The translations under genes and the position numbers were made by a program. Shown here piece after piece: positions 8,654-16,149 of a stretch of DNA of 28,033 nt. Source of the stretch: a virus (Duplodnaviria; Caudoviricetes); IMG/VR virus record IMGVR_UViG_3300022670_001834, positions 1 to 28,033 of that record. One strand, 5' to 3'. Positions within the stretch are counted from its first letter, which is position 1, and the number at the start of each line of letters is the position of its first letter. Below the pieces are notes generated by a model that saw nothing but the letters and a program-made list of their open reading frames with translations, was not told where the DNA came from and did no database searches.

Positions 8654-9136
8654 ATGAAGGGCAAAGTCGTTAAATTTTTTTGGAAGGATATTTCAAACGA
8701 TCATGAGTACGGTGAAGATGTACCGATTCCCCCTAACGAACCTGATGCCGAGACTTACATCAATAGAATAATTGTAGAATTTAATGCAGAGGAAGATCGC
8801 AGGCATGAGGCTAATTCTGATTACCTAAAAAGGAAACGTAAACTCATTAGCGTTCATGGTGAAACTGGAAAGTCAGAGGAAATCCTAATCTATTGTGAAT
8901 CAACCAAATTCAATCTAATGACAATCAATAGAGGGAACGAAGTCTATGATCTATATCAATGCAAGAACTGTCTGTTCTTTCGTAAAAGACATTCTGTAGA
9001 ATGGCATGAAGAGCATTGTTATCCTGATAGGGTTTGCATTAAATGTAATAAATTATTCACATCGGTTAGGAATCTTGCTTTTCACAATAAACGTGATGGG
9101 CATCGACTTCCTGTATGGTATCCTGATGGCGTATGA
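8654..9136 (+). CDS. Protein with C-terminal Zn fingers (CxxC and C2H2)
   Basis: ATG 8654 is in frame with ORF 8624. YQCKNC..H..HC and VCIKCNKLFTSVRNLAFHNKRDGH. Confidence 0.65.
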   Translation: MKGKVVKFFWKDISNDHEYGEDVPIPPNEPDAETYINRIIVEFNAEEDRRHEANSDYLKRKRKLISVHGETGKSEEILIYCESTKFNLMTINRGNEVYDLYQCKNCLFFRKRHSVEWHEEHCYPDRVCIKCNKLFTSVRNLAFHNKRDGHRLPVWYPDGV

Positions 9137-9246
9137 GTCGTGCTGTAAACCTTGATAGGCATTGTTGGCAATACTTTATCCATAAATTCGGACTTGATTA
9201 TATCCAACCTACCAGAGTAAGATTAATTTTTGCAGGGCGATATTAG
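9133..9246 (+). CDS. Hypothetical microprotein (37 aa)
   Basis: ATGA overlap. MSRAVNLDRHCWQYFIHKFGLDYIQPTRVRLIFAGRY fills the gap. Confidence 0.4.
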   Translation: MSRAVNLDRHCWQYFIHKFGLDYIQPTRVRLIFAGRY

Positions 9247-9249
9247 ATA

Positions 9250-9354
9250 ATGTGGTTATGGATGCGTAGAGCAGAAGGAACAGATGCTTGCCCAGAATGT
9301 GGTGGCGAAAATGGAGATCATGATGACGACTGCGACCTTGCCGATTCTGAATAA
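9250..9354 (+). CDS. Acidic Zn-knuckle microprotein (34 aa)
   Basis: ...ACPECGGENGDHDDDC...: C-x2-C-x6-H-x3-C. Confidence 0.55.
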   Translation: MWLWMRRAEGTDACPECGGENGDHDDDCDLADSE

Positions 9355-9385
9355 AGCTTAAACATATCGACTACTGCGTAAGTTT

Positions 9386-9448
9386 GGTCAGCGATCTATG
9401 TGATTCTGCATGAGTGGATTGGACTTCAAGCTGACCTCCAATCCCTCA
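9386..9448 (+). ncRNA. Candidate structured RNA (interleaved stems)
   Basis: GGTCAGC (9386-9392) pairs with GCTGACC (9430-9436). TGAG-T-GGATTGGA (9411-9423) pairs with TCCAATCC-CTCA (9437-9448). TATA-like CTTAAA at 9357. Confidence 0.35.
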
Positions 9449-9450
9449 AC

Positions 9451-9463
9451 AGAGTAATATAAG
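9451..9463 (+). promoter_or_regulatory. Putative archaeal BRE/TATA promoter (early class)
   Basis: AGAGTAATATAAG begins 33 nt upstream of ATG 9484. No SD sequence, consistent with a leaderless transcript. Confidence 0.55.
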
Positions 9464-9483
9464 TACGAGTCTTAGAACTACCA

Positions 9484-10431
9484 ATGCAGAAATCACAACT
9501 AGATAACGTACCTCAACTTCCTAAGTCCTCAGCGACATTTTCAGCAGAGATCATGGATTCATTCCCTGAATATGGTCTAACGGCAGAACGAATACTTCGA
9601 AACGGAACCCCAACCAATACCCAATTAATCATCAAAAACGGTAATGTGATTCATCATTTTACCGAAGCATACAAGGTATTGCCTAATGAGGAAGCTTTCA
9701 AAGTAGCCGAGCAGATCAAAAAAGAGCATGGGTTAATCTTCGCAAAAGATATGCCAAAAGATTGGAAAGGAGTGCTAACCATTCCTGAATACATGGGTTC
9801 AATGGATAGGGGAATAACTACCCTTTTGATTGACCCGAAGCAAATCAATCTTACTGCTGGAACCAAAGAACCAGACGACTTTTTCAAATTCGGCATTGGT
9901 ATAGGAAACTCGATTGATGGCAGTTCAAGCCTTAAAACTTATGGCTTTACCTTCCGTCAGATTTGTGGAAACTTTGCTTTTCATAAATTCCATATTGGGA
10001 ACCTTCAAGTCGATTTGGCAATAAATCCCGGAGAGTTCAATGATGCAAAAATCTTGAACAAAGCAGTATTCATTCACTCGAAAAATATCGACATAGATAT
10101 TTTTGCAGAGTCGGTGAAGGAAATTCTCAAAGCTGGTAAGCTCATTGTCAAAAGATACCAAGCTATGAAAATTGAAAAACTCCTTGACAAGCAAGCTCAA
10201 GAACTAGTGAACCGATTACCTCATTCAGTCCTTAAGGACGAGGTAAAAGTTCCATGGTTGAAGTACGAGAAAAAAAAGGGATACCAATTCGTAGGGGATG
10301 GTATCTCAAAGTATCAAGCATTTAATGACCTAACTGATTCGTTGACTCATAGTGAGGACTTGAGTTATCACGTTCAGATGAAAGGTTTCAAGAGTCTTGA
10401 TAGAATTTTGGTGGCACCATCAGCCATCTAA
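9484..10431 (+). CDS. DUF932/DUF945-family mobile-element protein
   Basis: 'YKVLPNEE', 'IGNSIDGSSS', 'FRQICGN', 'IHSKN' and 'YQAFNDLT' match the family signature (Y....N; NSxDG; RxxCxN; H). Confidence 0.8.
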   Translation: MQKSQLDNVPQLPKSSATFSAEIMDSFPEYGLTAERILRNGTPTNTQLIIKNGNVIHHFTEAYKVLPNEEAFKVAEQIKKEHGLIFAKDMPKDWKGVLTIPEYMGSMDRGITTLLIDPKQINLTAGTKEPDDFFKFGIGIGNSIDGSSSLKTYGFTFRQICGNFAFHKFHIGNLQVDLAINPGEFNDAKILNKAVFIHSKNIDIDIFAESVKEILKAGKLIVKRYQAMKIEKLLDKQAQELVNRLPHSVLKDEVKVPWLKYEKKKGYQFVGDGISKYQAFNDLTDSLTHSEDLSYHVQMKGFKSLDRILVAPSAI

Positions 10432-10443
10432 CCCTTTTTTTTT
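10432..10443 (+). terminator. Oligo-T terminator
   Basis: CCC-T9 immediately after the stop, followed by TATA-like CTTTTATAG about 30 nt before the queD start. Confidence 0.6.
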
Positions 10444-10476
10444 ATCCTTTTATAGAACTCCGTTACAACAAAACTC

Positions 10477-10839
10477 GTGAAAATTATCTATAAAACTTCG
10501 ATTGATTGTGCTCATCATATACCAGATACAGAGGAATTAATCACTAAAAAATGCTCGAGACTTCACGGTCATACCTATAACTTTGAGTTTGTGTTTGACC
10601 TTCCCTCATTAAAAAAATATTGGAAAAAAGAGTTTGTTGACTTTGCCCTCATCAAAGATTTTGTCGAATCAATCCTATCAAAATATGATCACCATAACCT
10701 AGATGATTTTAACATCTATACAGTTGAACAGCTTGTTCTCATTGTAAAGGCAACCATCATTGAAAAATTTGCATGGCAGAACGAAAAGGCTCTAACCATA
10801 AGGATAATGGAAACTGCAAAGTTTGGTGTAGAATGTTAG
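10477..10839 (+). CDS. queD: 6-carboxy-5,6,7,8-tetrahydropterin synthase
   Basis: AHH, KCSRLHGHTY, VDF..IK, YDHHNL, TVE, MET motifs. Confidence 0.92.
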   Translation: MKIIYKTSIDCAHHIPDTEELITKKCSRLHGHTYNFEFVFDLPSLKKYWKKEFVDFALIKDFVESILSKYDHHNLDDFNIYTVEQLVLIVKATIIEKFAWQNEKALTIRIMETAKFGVEC

Positions 10840-11438
10840 CTATCAATGAGGAATTTGAATCGTTTCAAGGAGAAGGATTTCATACTGGAATCCGAATGTA
10901 TTTTGTCAGAACGCAAGGATGCGATGTCGGTTGTTATTTCTGCGATACCAAATACACTTGGAGAGGGGGATTACAGGAAACTGACGAATACGATATCATA
11001 AGGAGAGCAAGCAAGACTAGAGCAGAATGGATTTGTATAACCGGTGGTGAACCCTTAGAGCAGAATATTAGCGATCTAGTTCATCTTGCCCACGATAACA
11101 AATACAAGGTACAGATCGAAACTTCGGGAATGTATTATAATCCAATCGTTGAAAAGATAGACTGGGTATGCCTTAGTCCAAAAGAGCTCTTTGCTAAAAA
11201 AGGAATGAAAATGGCTTTGGGAATCCTAAATTATACTGACGAGGTTAAATGCGTAATCACATCAAAAGATGATATCACTTACTACCTTGACCAATACCGA
11301 GACTTCAAAGGAGTCAAAACTTTTCAACCTGTAGATAATAAACCTGAACTTGCCGAGATGGTGCTAAATATGTCAAGCAAGTTAGCAGGGGAATGGAAAG
11401 TAATGTGCCAACAGCATAAGCTTTTGAAACTACGATGA
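10833..11438 (+). CDS. queE: 7-carboxy-7-deazaguanine synthase (radical SAM)
   Basis: ATG 10833. EFESFQGEG, FVRTQGCDVGCYFCDT (CxxxCxxC), ITGGEP, IETSG, LSPK, QP, QQHK. Confidence 0.93.
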   Translation: MLAINEEFESFQGEGFHTGIRMYFVRTQGCDVGCYFCDTKYTWRGGLQETDEYDIIRRASKTRAEWICITGGEPLEQNISDLVHLAHDNKYKVQIETSGMYYNPIVEKIDWVCLSPKELFAKKGMKMALGILNYTDEVKCVITSKDDITYYLDQYRDFKGVKTFQPVDNKPELAEMVLNMSSKLAGEWKVMCQQHKLLKLR

Positions 11439-11551
11439 ATCTACGGATTGGTGAATTATGGTTGACTTGGAGATGTTGGGTGTGTAATAAACGATACTGG
11501 CTTGTTTCAAATTTAGAATGTAAGACCCATTATAGAGTGATGGATCATTGA
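11435..11551 (+). CDS. Zn-binding microprotein (38 aa) within the que operon
   Basis: MNLRIGELWLTWRCWVCNKRYWLVSNLECKTHYRVMDH. ATGA overlap with queE and TTGA overlap with queC. Confidence 0.55.
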   Translation: MNLRIGELWLTWRCWVCNKRYWLVSNLECKTHYRVMDH

Positions 11552-12192
11552 GTAGGGCATTAGTCCTATTATCAGGAGGAATGGATTCAGCATCGGTACT
11601 TGCTTATGCCACTACTCAAGATTTTACGCTTAGAGGTTTGTTTTTTAATTATGGTCAACAGCACCATAAGGAAGGGGAATCGGCACGGAAAATAGCAAAG
11701 CACTATGATATTCCTCTCGAAATTTTGACCCTTGACTTGGGAAAATTCAAGTCAGCATTGTTAAAAGGTTCTAAAATCCTAATACCTAACAAGGCAGTAG
11801 AGGGGAAGATTCCCCATACTTACGTTCCATACCGTAATGTGATATTTCTCTCTATTGCTTTTGGTTTTGCCGAATCCAAAAGAATGAGTGCTGTTTATTA
11901 TGGTGCCAATGCAGTTGACTATTCAGGATATCCAGACTGCCGACCTGAATTTGTCGAAGCATACTCAAATATGTCTAAGATAATTAATCCAAGAATCGAT
12001 CTTATTACTCCCCTCCTCTCAATGTCAAAGCAGGAGATCGTAGAGTTTGGCAATAGATTCTATACACCTTTTCACCTTACTTGGTCATGTTATAGGGGAG
12101 GATTGAAGGCATGTGGTAAATGCCCTAGTTGTGAGTTAAGATTAAAAGGCTTCAAACAAGCAGGATTAATTGATCCCATTGAGTACGAGTGA
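11548..12192 (+). CDS. queC: 7-cyano-7-deazaguanine (preQ0) synthase
   Basis: LLSGGMDS, NYGQ, YVPYRN, GYPDCRPEF, TWSCY, CGKCPSCELR. Confidence 0.95.
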   Translation: MSRALVLLSGGMDSASVLAYATTQDFTLRGLFFNYGQQHHKEGESARKIAKHYDIPLEILTLDLGKFKSALLKGSKILIPNKAVEGKIPHTYVPYRNVIFLSIAFGFAESKRMSAVYYGANAVDYSGYPDCRPEFVEAYSNMSKIINPRIDLITPLLSMSKQEIVEFGNRFYTPFHLTWSCYRGGLKACGKCPSCELRLKGFKQAGLIDPIEYE

Positions 12193-12709
12193 GAAATATT
12201 TCTATCTACTTGGTGGCAAAGACTTCCCAGATAGTACTTACAAAAGAACTCAAAAATTTTACGAGGAACTAGAGATTAAACGAGAATACCAAAAGTTCAC
12301 AACCTTTGAAACCAAACTTGACGAGATGATAGTAATCAATGGAATCAAGGTCTTTTCATTCTGTGAACATCACCTATTGCCATTCTTTGGTTACTGTTCT
12401 ATTGGGTACATTCCTGATGGTCATTTATTAGGACTCTCAAAGTTTCAAAGGCTAGTAGATAAGATAGCATCCAAACCGACTTTACAGGAAAATATTACAA
12501 GCGAGATTGCCGACAGTTTGGATAAAAAACTCTATCCAAAAGGGTTGGGAGTTGCCATGACTTGCGTTCATACCTGTATGTTTGGAAGGGGAATCAATAC
12601 ATCGACCTGCACGGTCAATACTCAAATCGTTAAAGGATTCATCAAAGATAAAGCAGAAACAAGGAACGAATTTTTAGGAAGGGTAAGGATTGCAGATATA
12701 CTTCGCTGA
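12170..12709 (+). CDS. folE: GTP cyclohydrolase I (alternative start TTG 12179)
   Basis: SFCEHHLLPFFG, GYIP, LGLSK..R, LQE, HTCM..RG motifs. Confidence 0.93.
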   Translation: MIPLSTSEKYFYLLGGKDFPDSTYKRTQKFYEELEIKREYQKFTTFETKLDEMIVINGIKVFSFCEHHLLPFFGYCSIGYIPDGHLLGLSKFQRLVDKIASKPTLQENITSEIADSLDKKLYPKGLGVAMTCVHTCMFGRGINTSTCTVNTQIVKGFIKDKAETRNEFLGRVRIADILR

Positions 12710-13451
12710 TACTGCAATCAATCTATTCTACTTGTATCATGAGGTAGGTGCTCGCTACTTCCTTACTTCATTCTGGTATAACAAAAAAATAGGTCCATAT
12801 AAAAAATTCAAGGAAACCCATCCTGATGGAACCATCATGCTGGATTCTGGTGCCTTTACTGCATTAATGAGGAATGAAACAATCGACATCGAAGCCTATG
12901 CAAAATTTTGTAATGAAGTAAAAGAATGGATAACCTATTTTGTCAATCTTGACGTTATAGGAGATGGTGAGGCATCAAAGGTCAATTATGACTATCTGCG
13001 AGATCAGGGCATTGAATCGCTACCTGTTTACCATATTGGAGAGGATATCAAATATCTCAAATATTATCTAAGTCGGTCAAATCACATCGGTTTAGGTGGC
13101 TTGGTTCCCTATGCTCGCGATCAGCGAAAACTTGAAAACTTCCTTACCAGAACGCTTGAACTGATTCCAAAAGATAAGCAAGTCCATATGTTCGGAATCA
13201 CCACGCCCTCTATTCTGATGAGGTTTAGCGATAGAATACACTCTGCTGACTCTGTTGCAGCGACTGATATCACTGGAAACCAGAACAGAGGATATAGTTT
13301 TAGTGGTTTGCCCAAAGGATTAAAAACCATTTTCAATACTCCTAGACTCACTCCTGAACAAAGGGATTGGCTAAACAAATACAATGCCTATATTTTTGTC
13401 AAATTAGAAAAACAAATTAATGATTACTTGGTGACTAAACAAATTGGCTAA
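12690..13451 (+). CDS. dpdA: Viral DNA 7-deazaguanine transglycosylase (TGT-fold, DpdA-like)
   Basis: MLDSGAFT, NLDVIG, LPVYH, IGLGGLV, VHMFG, SADS. Lacks the Zn/RNA-binding parts of tRNA TGTs. Lies within the preQ0 operon. Confidence 0.8.
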   Translation: MQIYFADTAINLFYLYHEVGARYFLTSFWYNKKIGPYKKFKETHPDGTIMLDSGAFTALMRNETIDIEAYAKFCNEVKEWITYFVNLDVIGDGEASKVNYDYLRDQGIESLPVYHIGEDIKYLKYYLSRSNHIGLGGLVPYARDQRKLENFLTRTLELIPKDKQVHMFGITTPSILMRFSDRIHSADSVAATDITGNQNRGYSFSGLPKGLKTIFNTPRLTPEQRDWLNKYNAYIFVKLEKQINDYLVTKQIG

Positions 13452-14295
13452 TGAGGTTGAATTAAAATCCGAGATCCAATTCCTCGATATTGATTCCATC
13501 AAGCCAAATGATTACAATCCAAACTATATGCCTGAATCTTTGTTCAATGACCTAACCGATGATATCAAGAGGAATGGATTCTATGGTGCAATTATTATCA
13601 ATAAGGAAAAAATTATCGTAGATGGCGAGCACAGATGGAGGGCATTAAAAAAATTAGGTGTCAAAGCTTGCCCTGTTATCCTAGATGATTCCTTAACAAA
13701 AGATACCTCAAAAATAATGACATTACGACTTAATCGTGAAAGAGGATTCCTTGTACCTGTAGAGACTGGGAATCTTTTAACAAATCTAACAAAGACTGTT
13801 CCAATAGATATCCTAAGTGAAGCGACTGCGATTCCAATGCCTGAACTAACAATACTAACTAATCTTAGCTATGAACCCGGACTTCAAGACTTAAGCAAGA
13901 GTGGAGAAGTGATCAACTGGTCAAGAATTGATACGCTAATCAATACTCTTTGTACCAGAATCAAGGACGAACTAGATGGAAAACCTTTGACTGTTTGCAC
14001 AATTTTAAGGGGAGGACTAATACCTGCCAGATTAGTTGCCGATAGAATGAACATTCCAAATATCCAAATCCTAAATGGAAACGAAACTGAAACTCCTGCT
14101 TTGATCGTTGATGATATCTACGATACAGGAAAGACTCATAAAAAATATGGAAAGGGGGTTCAAGTCTATGCAACCTTATTCAAACGCAAAGATATGAAAA
14201 GTCCTAAAAATCTAATCTATGGAACTGAAACTCTTGGAGCAGAGTATGTAGTATTTCCTTGGGATAGGTTCGAATACAAACGAAACCAGAAATAG
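13444..14295 (+). CDS. Fusion of ParB/Srx-like N-terminal domain and type I purine phosphoribosyltransferase
   Basis: N-terminus: IKPNDYNPN..NGF..IVDGEHRWRA..RLNRERG. C-terminus: W..I..L, ILRGGLIPARLVA, LIVDDIYDTGKT (PRPP loop), YVVFPWD. Confidence 0.85.
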   Translation: MANEVELKSEIQFLDIDSIKPNDYNPNYMPESLFNDLTDDIKRNGFYGAIIINKEKIIVDGEHRWRALKKLGVKACPVILDDSLTKDTSKIMTLRLNRERGFLVPVETGNLLTNLTKTVPIDILSEATAIPMPELTILTNLSYEPGLQDLSKSGEVINWSRIDTLINTLCTRIKDELDGKPLTVCTILRGGLIPARLVADRMNIPNIQILNGNETETPALIVDDIYDTGKTHKKYGKGVQVYATLFKRKDMKSPKNLIYGTETLGAEYVVFPWDRFEYKRNQK

Positions 14296-14351
14296 TCAAT
14301 ATATACTAAATCCATTTTATTTAATATACTAGCATGCTCTATTCCTATCTA

Positions 14352-14606
14352 ATGACTTATAACAACAAAAATGATGCAACCAAATCTACCTCTGGTGATA
14401 CACCCATCTCCAAAATTTTTATGGATATGGATCTAAAACTCGGCAAGATATTCTATAACATCAAACTCGGTCATTGGCAAGTTGACTTGTTAATTGATCT
14501 GGTTAAGGACTTCAGAACGACCAAACCAAAAGATTACAAACATTCTGAAACATGGTTTGACAATCTTGTATTCAACCTCCAGCACGGTAAGGAGATCAAA
14601 TCTTGA
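14352..14606 (+). CDS. Hypothetical protein
   Basis: ATG 14352 lies about 30 nt after TTTAATATA. In frame with ORF 14334. Confidence 0.5.
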   Translation: MTYNNKNDATKSTSGDTPISKIFMDMDLKLGKIFYNIKLGHWQVDLLIDLVKDFRTTKPKDYKHSETWFDNLVFNLQHGKEIKS

Positions 14607-14752
14607 CCAGACAATACTGCAACCTATGTCAAGCGGTGAACGACTTTGTAGAATGGGATGGTCAGCAAGTTTGCCCATACCATCAGCGAGTAATGCAAAC
14701 CGAGGAAGGTCCAGTGTTCATGTACGATGAGTTCAATCAGGATGGAGAATAA
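14603..14752 (+). CDS. Zn-binding microprotein (49 aa)
   Basis: TTGA-coupled. YCNLC..VCPYH. Confidence 0.6.
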   Translation: MTRQYCNLCQAVNDFVEWDGQQVCPYHQRVMQTEEGPVFMYDEFNQDGE

Positions 14753-14755
14753 ATT

Positions 14756-14896
14756 TTGACCATCAAACCATTACTCAGCGAGGAAAATTGGATACATATC
14801 GCCCAAGTTCTCAGGAAAGACAATACCTATACTTCCATCGAACTGGCACAACGAATCGAGCATAAAATTTTCGTTGGCAAGGGGGAGAAAAATTGA
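14756..14896 (+). CDS. Hypothetical microprotein (46 aa)
   Basis: TTG start 3 nt after the previous stop. Its TGA overlaps the next TTG. Confidence 0.5.
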   Translation: MTIKPLLSEENWIHIAQVLRKDNTYTSIELAQRIEHKIFVGKGEKN

Positions 14897-15084
14897 TTCC
14901 TGACGACGCAGAAAAACAACTTCAATGGACTTCTGACCGAGCTTACAAAATGGCAGTTCATCATGTCGGATTAACCGATTGGTCAACTGCTACGCAAGAC
15001 CAGAAGGACAAAGTCGAATACTGGCAACATGAATACATCGAATGGTTAGTGAGATTAGTTCTCGGGAGAGTTCAAATTGATTAG
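14893..15084 (+). CDS. Hypothetical protein
   Basis: Coupled ORF in a tightly packed chain. Confidence 0.5.
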   Translation: MIPDDAEKQLQWTSDRAYKMAVHHVGLTDWSTATQDQKDKVEYWQHEYIEWLVRLVLGRVQID

Positions 15085-15382
15085 AACCAAAGCAGAAATT
15101 GCAAAGGATCTTGCCATTAAGCAAAACGAGAGAGCAATCGAACTGCTACGATGTAAGGAATTGGAGATTCAGGCAAAACAAAATGCGATACCTAAAAAAT
15201 CCTATTCGCAAAACAAAACCGACTATGACCGAATCAGGAACATTACCTATTCTGTCAAGTTGAATCATGCCCAGATTGACACTCTCATAAGCTATATGGA
15301 CATGATGGAGGACGATGAAGGCATCTCTTTAATTTTCAAAGAGAACCTAATGGATTCTTTGAAGGGAGCAGATTCAGCATGA
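15077..15382 (+). CDS. Hypothetical helical protein
   Basis: Coupled ORF. GGGAG upstream. Confidence 0.55.
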   Translation: MIRTKAEIAKDLAIKQNERAIELLRCKELEIQAKQNAIPKKSYSQNKTDYDRIRNITYSVKLNHAQIDTLISYMDMMEDDEGISLIFKENLMDSLKGADSA

Positions 15383-15591
15383 AAAAAGCATCCCTCAAAC
15401 GTGCCATCAACTACCTCATGATGTCAACGCTTGAACTTGAAATAGTCAAAGCCGAAGCAATCAGGTCGAGAAAAAAGGCAAAAGCATCAGCCAAACCAAA
15501 ATGGACGAGATCCATTAAAACTACCAGTCGAACACTTGCCATACTCAAATTGGCACGCCAATATGCCCGACTGATACCAAAACGGGTTTAA
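15379..15591 (+). CDS. Small very basic protein
   Basis: ATGA overlap, K/R-rich, followed by a terminator. Confidence 0.55.
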   Translation: MKKASLKRAINYLMMSTLELEIVKAEAIRSRKKAKASAKPKWTRSIKTTSRTLAILKLARQYARLIPKRV

Positions 15592-15593
15592 AA

Positions 15594-15611
15594 CCCCCTT
15601 TTTTTATTTTT
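15594..15611 (+). terminator. Oligo-T terminator
   Basis: CCCCCTTTTTTTATTTTT after the stop at 15591. Confidence 0.6.
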
Positions 15612-15648
15612 AAAGACATTTAAGTTTCAGATTCACTTATGCCACTTA

Positions 15649-16149
15649 ATGTCAATTATGAGTGAGGGGGGTCGTCCTCCTAGAAAACGTAAAAAGGATA
15701 TTGATACTGCTGTTAGGTTTTACTGGGTTCGTGATATTGGAATTACTGAATGTATGGATAGGACTAAGTTTGCAAACAAAACTGTCCGAACTCGTTATGA
15801 AAAATGGGATAAAGTGCTTATTGATCGCAAAGATGAAAAGTTCCTTGATGCTCAAGATAAGGCTAAGGAACGAGCTTTGCTTGCTTTGGATATTCAGATT
15901 ACAGAATTACTCTCAGTTCAGCAGGGGATAAACAAAATACTTACAAACATTGAGAATCCTAACTATACTGAACTAAGAGCAGAGATCCGTAGCAAAGTTG
16001 CATGGATGCTGTTTGATATGACCGATAGAAAAGCAAGTCTAAAAATGACTCCTTCGGTGGCATCAAGAGTTCGAATAGAAGTGAGAGAATTAATTGAGAG
16101 GTACCAGAATCAACCAGTCGATAGACGACACTTGGAAGCAGGCAAGTGA
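15649..16149 (+). CDS. Putative terminase small subunit
   Basis: Directly upstream of the large terminase. GGRPP + HTH-like N-terminus and helical C-terminus. Confidence 0.6.
   Translation: MSIMSEGGRPPRKRKKDIDTAVRFYWVRDIGITECMDRTKFANKTVRTRYEKWDKVLIDRKDEKFLDAQDKAKERALLALDIQITELLSVQQGINKILTNIENPNYTELRAEIRSKVAWMLFDMTDRKASLKMTPSVASRVRIEVRELIERYQNQPVDRRHLEAGK

Noticed and set aside
9386-9448. preQ1 riboswitch, HDV-like ribozyme or C/D box sRNA
   Set aside because: Lacks the A-rich tail of preQ1-I, the P1.1/J4-2 elements of HDV-like ribozymes, and a good RUGAUGA box C. It also precedes the DUF932 gene, not the que operon.
12690-13451. tRNA-guanine transglycosylase (tgt/arcTGT) for queuosine or archaeosine in tRNA
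   Set aside because: Only 253 aa with no Zn-binding CxCxxC or PUA domain. The viral operon context favours a DNA-acting DpdA.
13444-14295. Plasmid/prophage partitioning ParB
   Set aside because: No parA or parS array is seen, and the C-terminus is a PRTase rather than a partition dimerisation domain.
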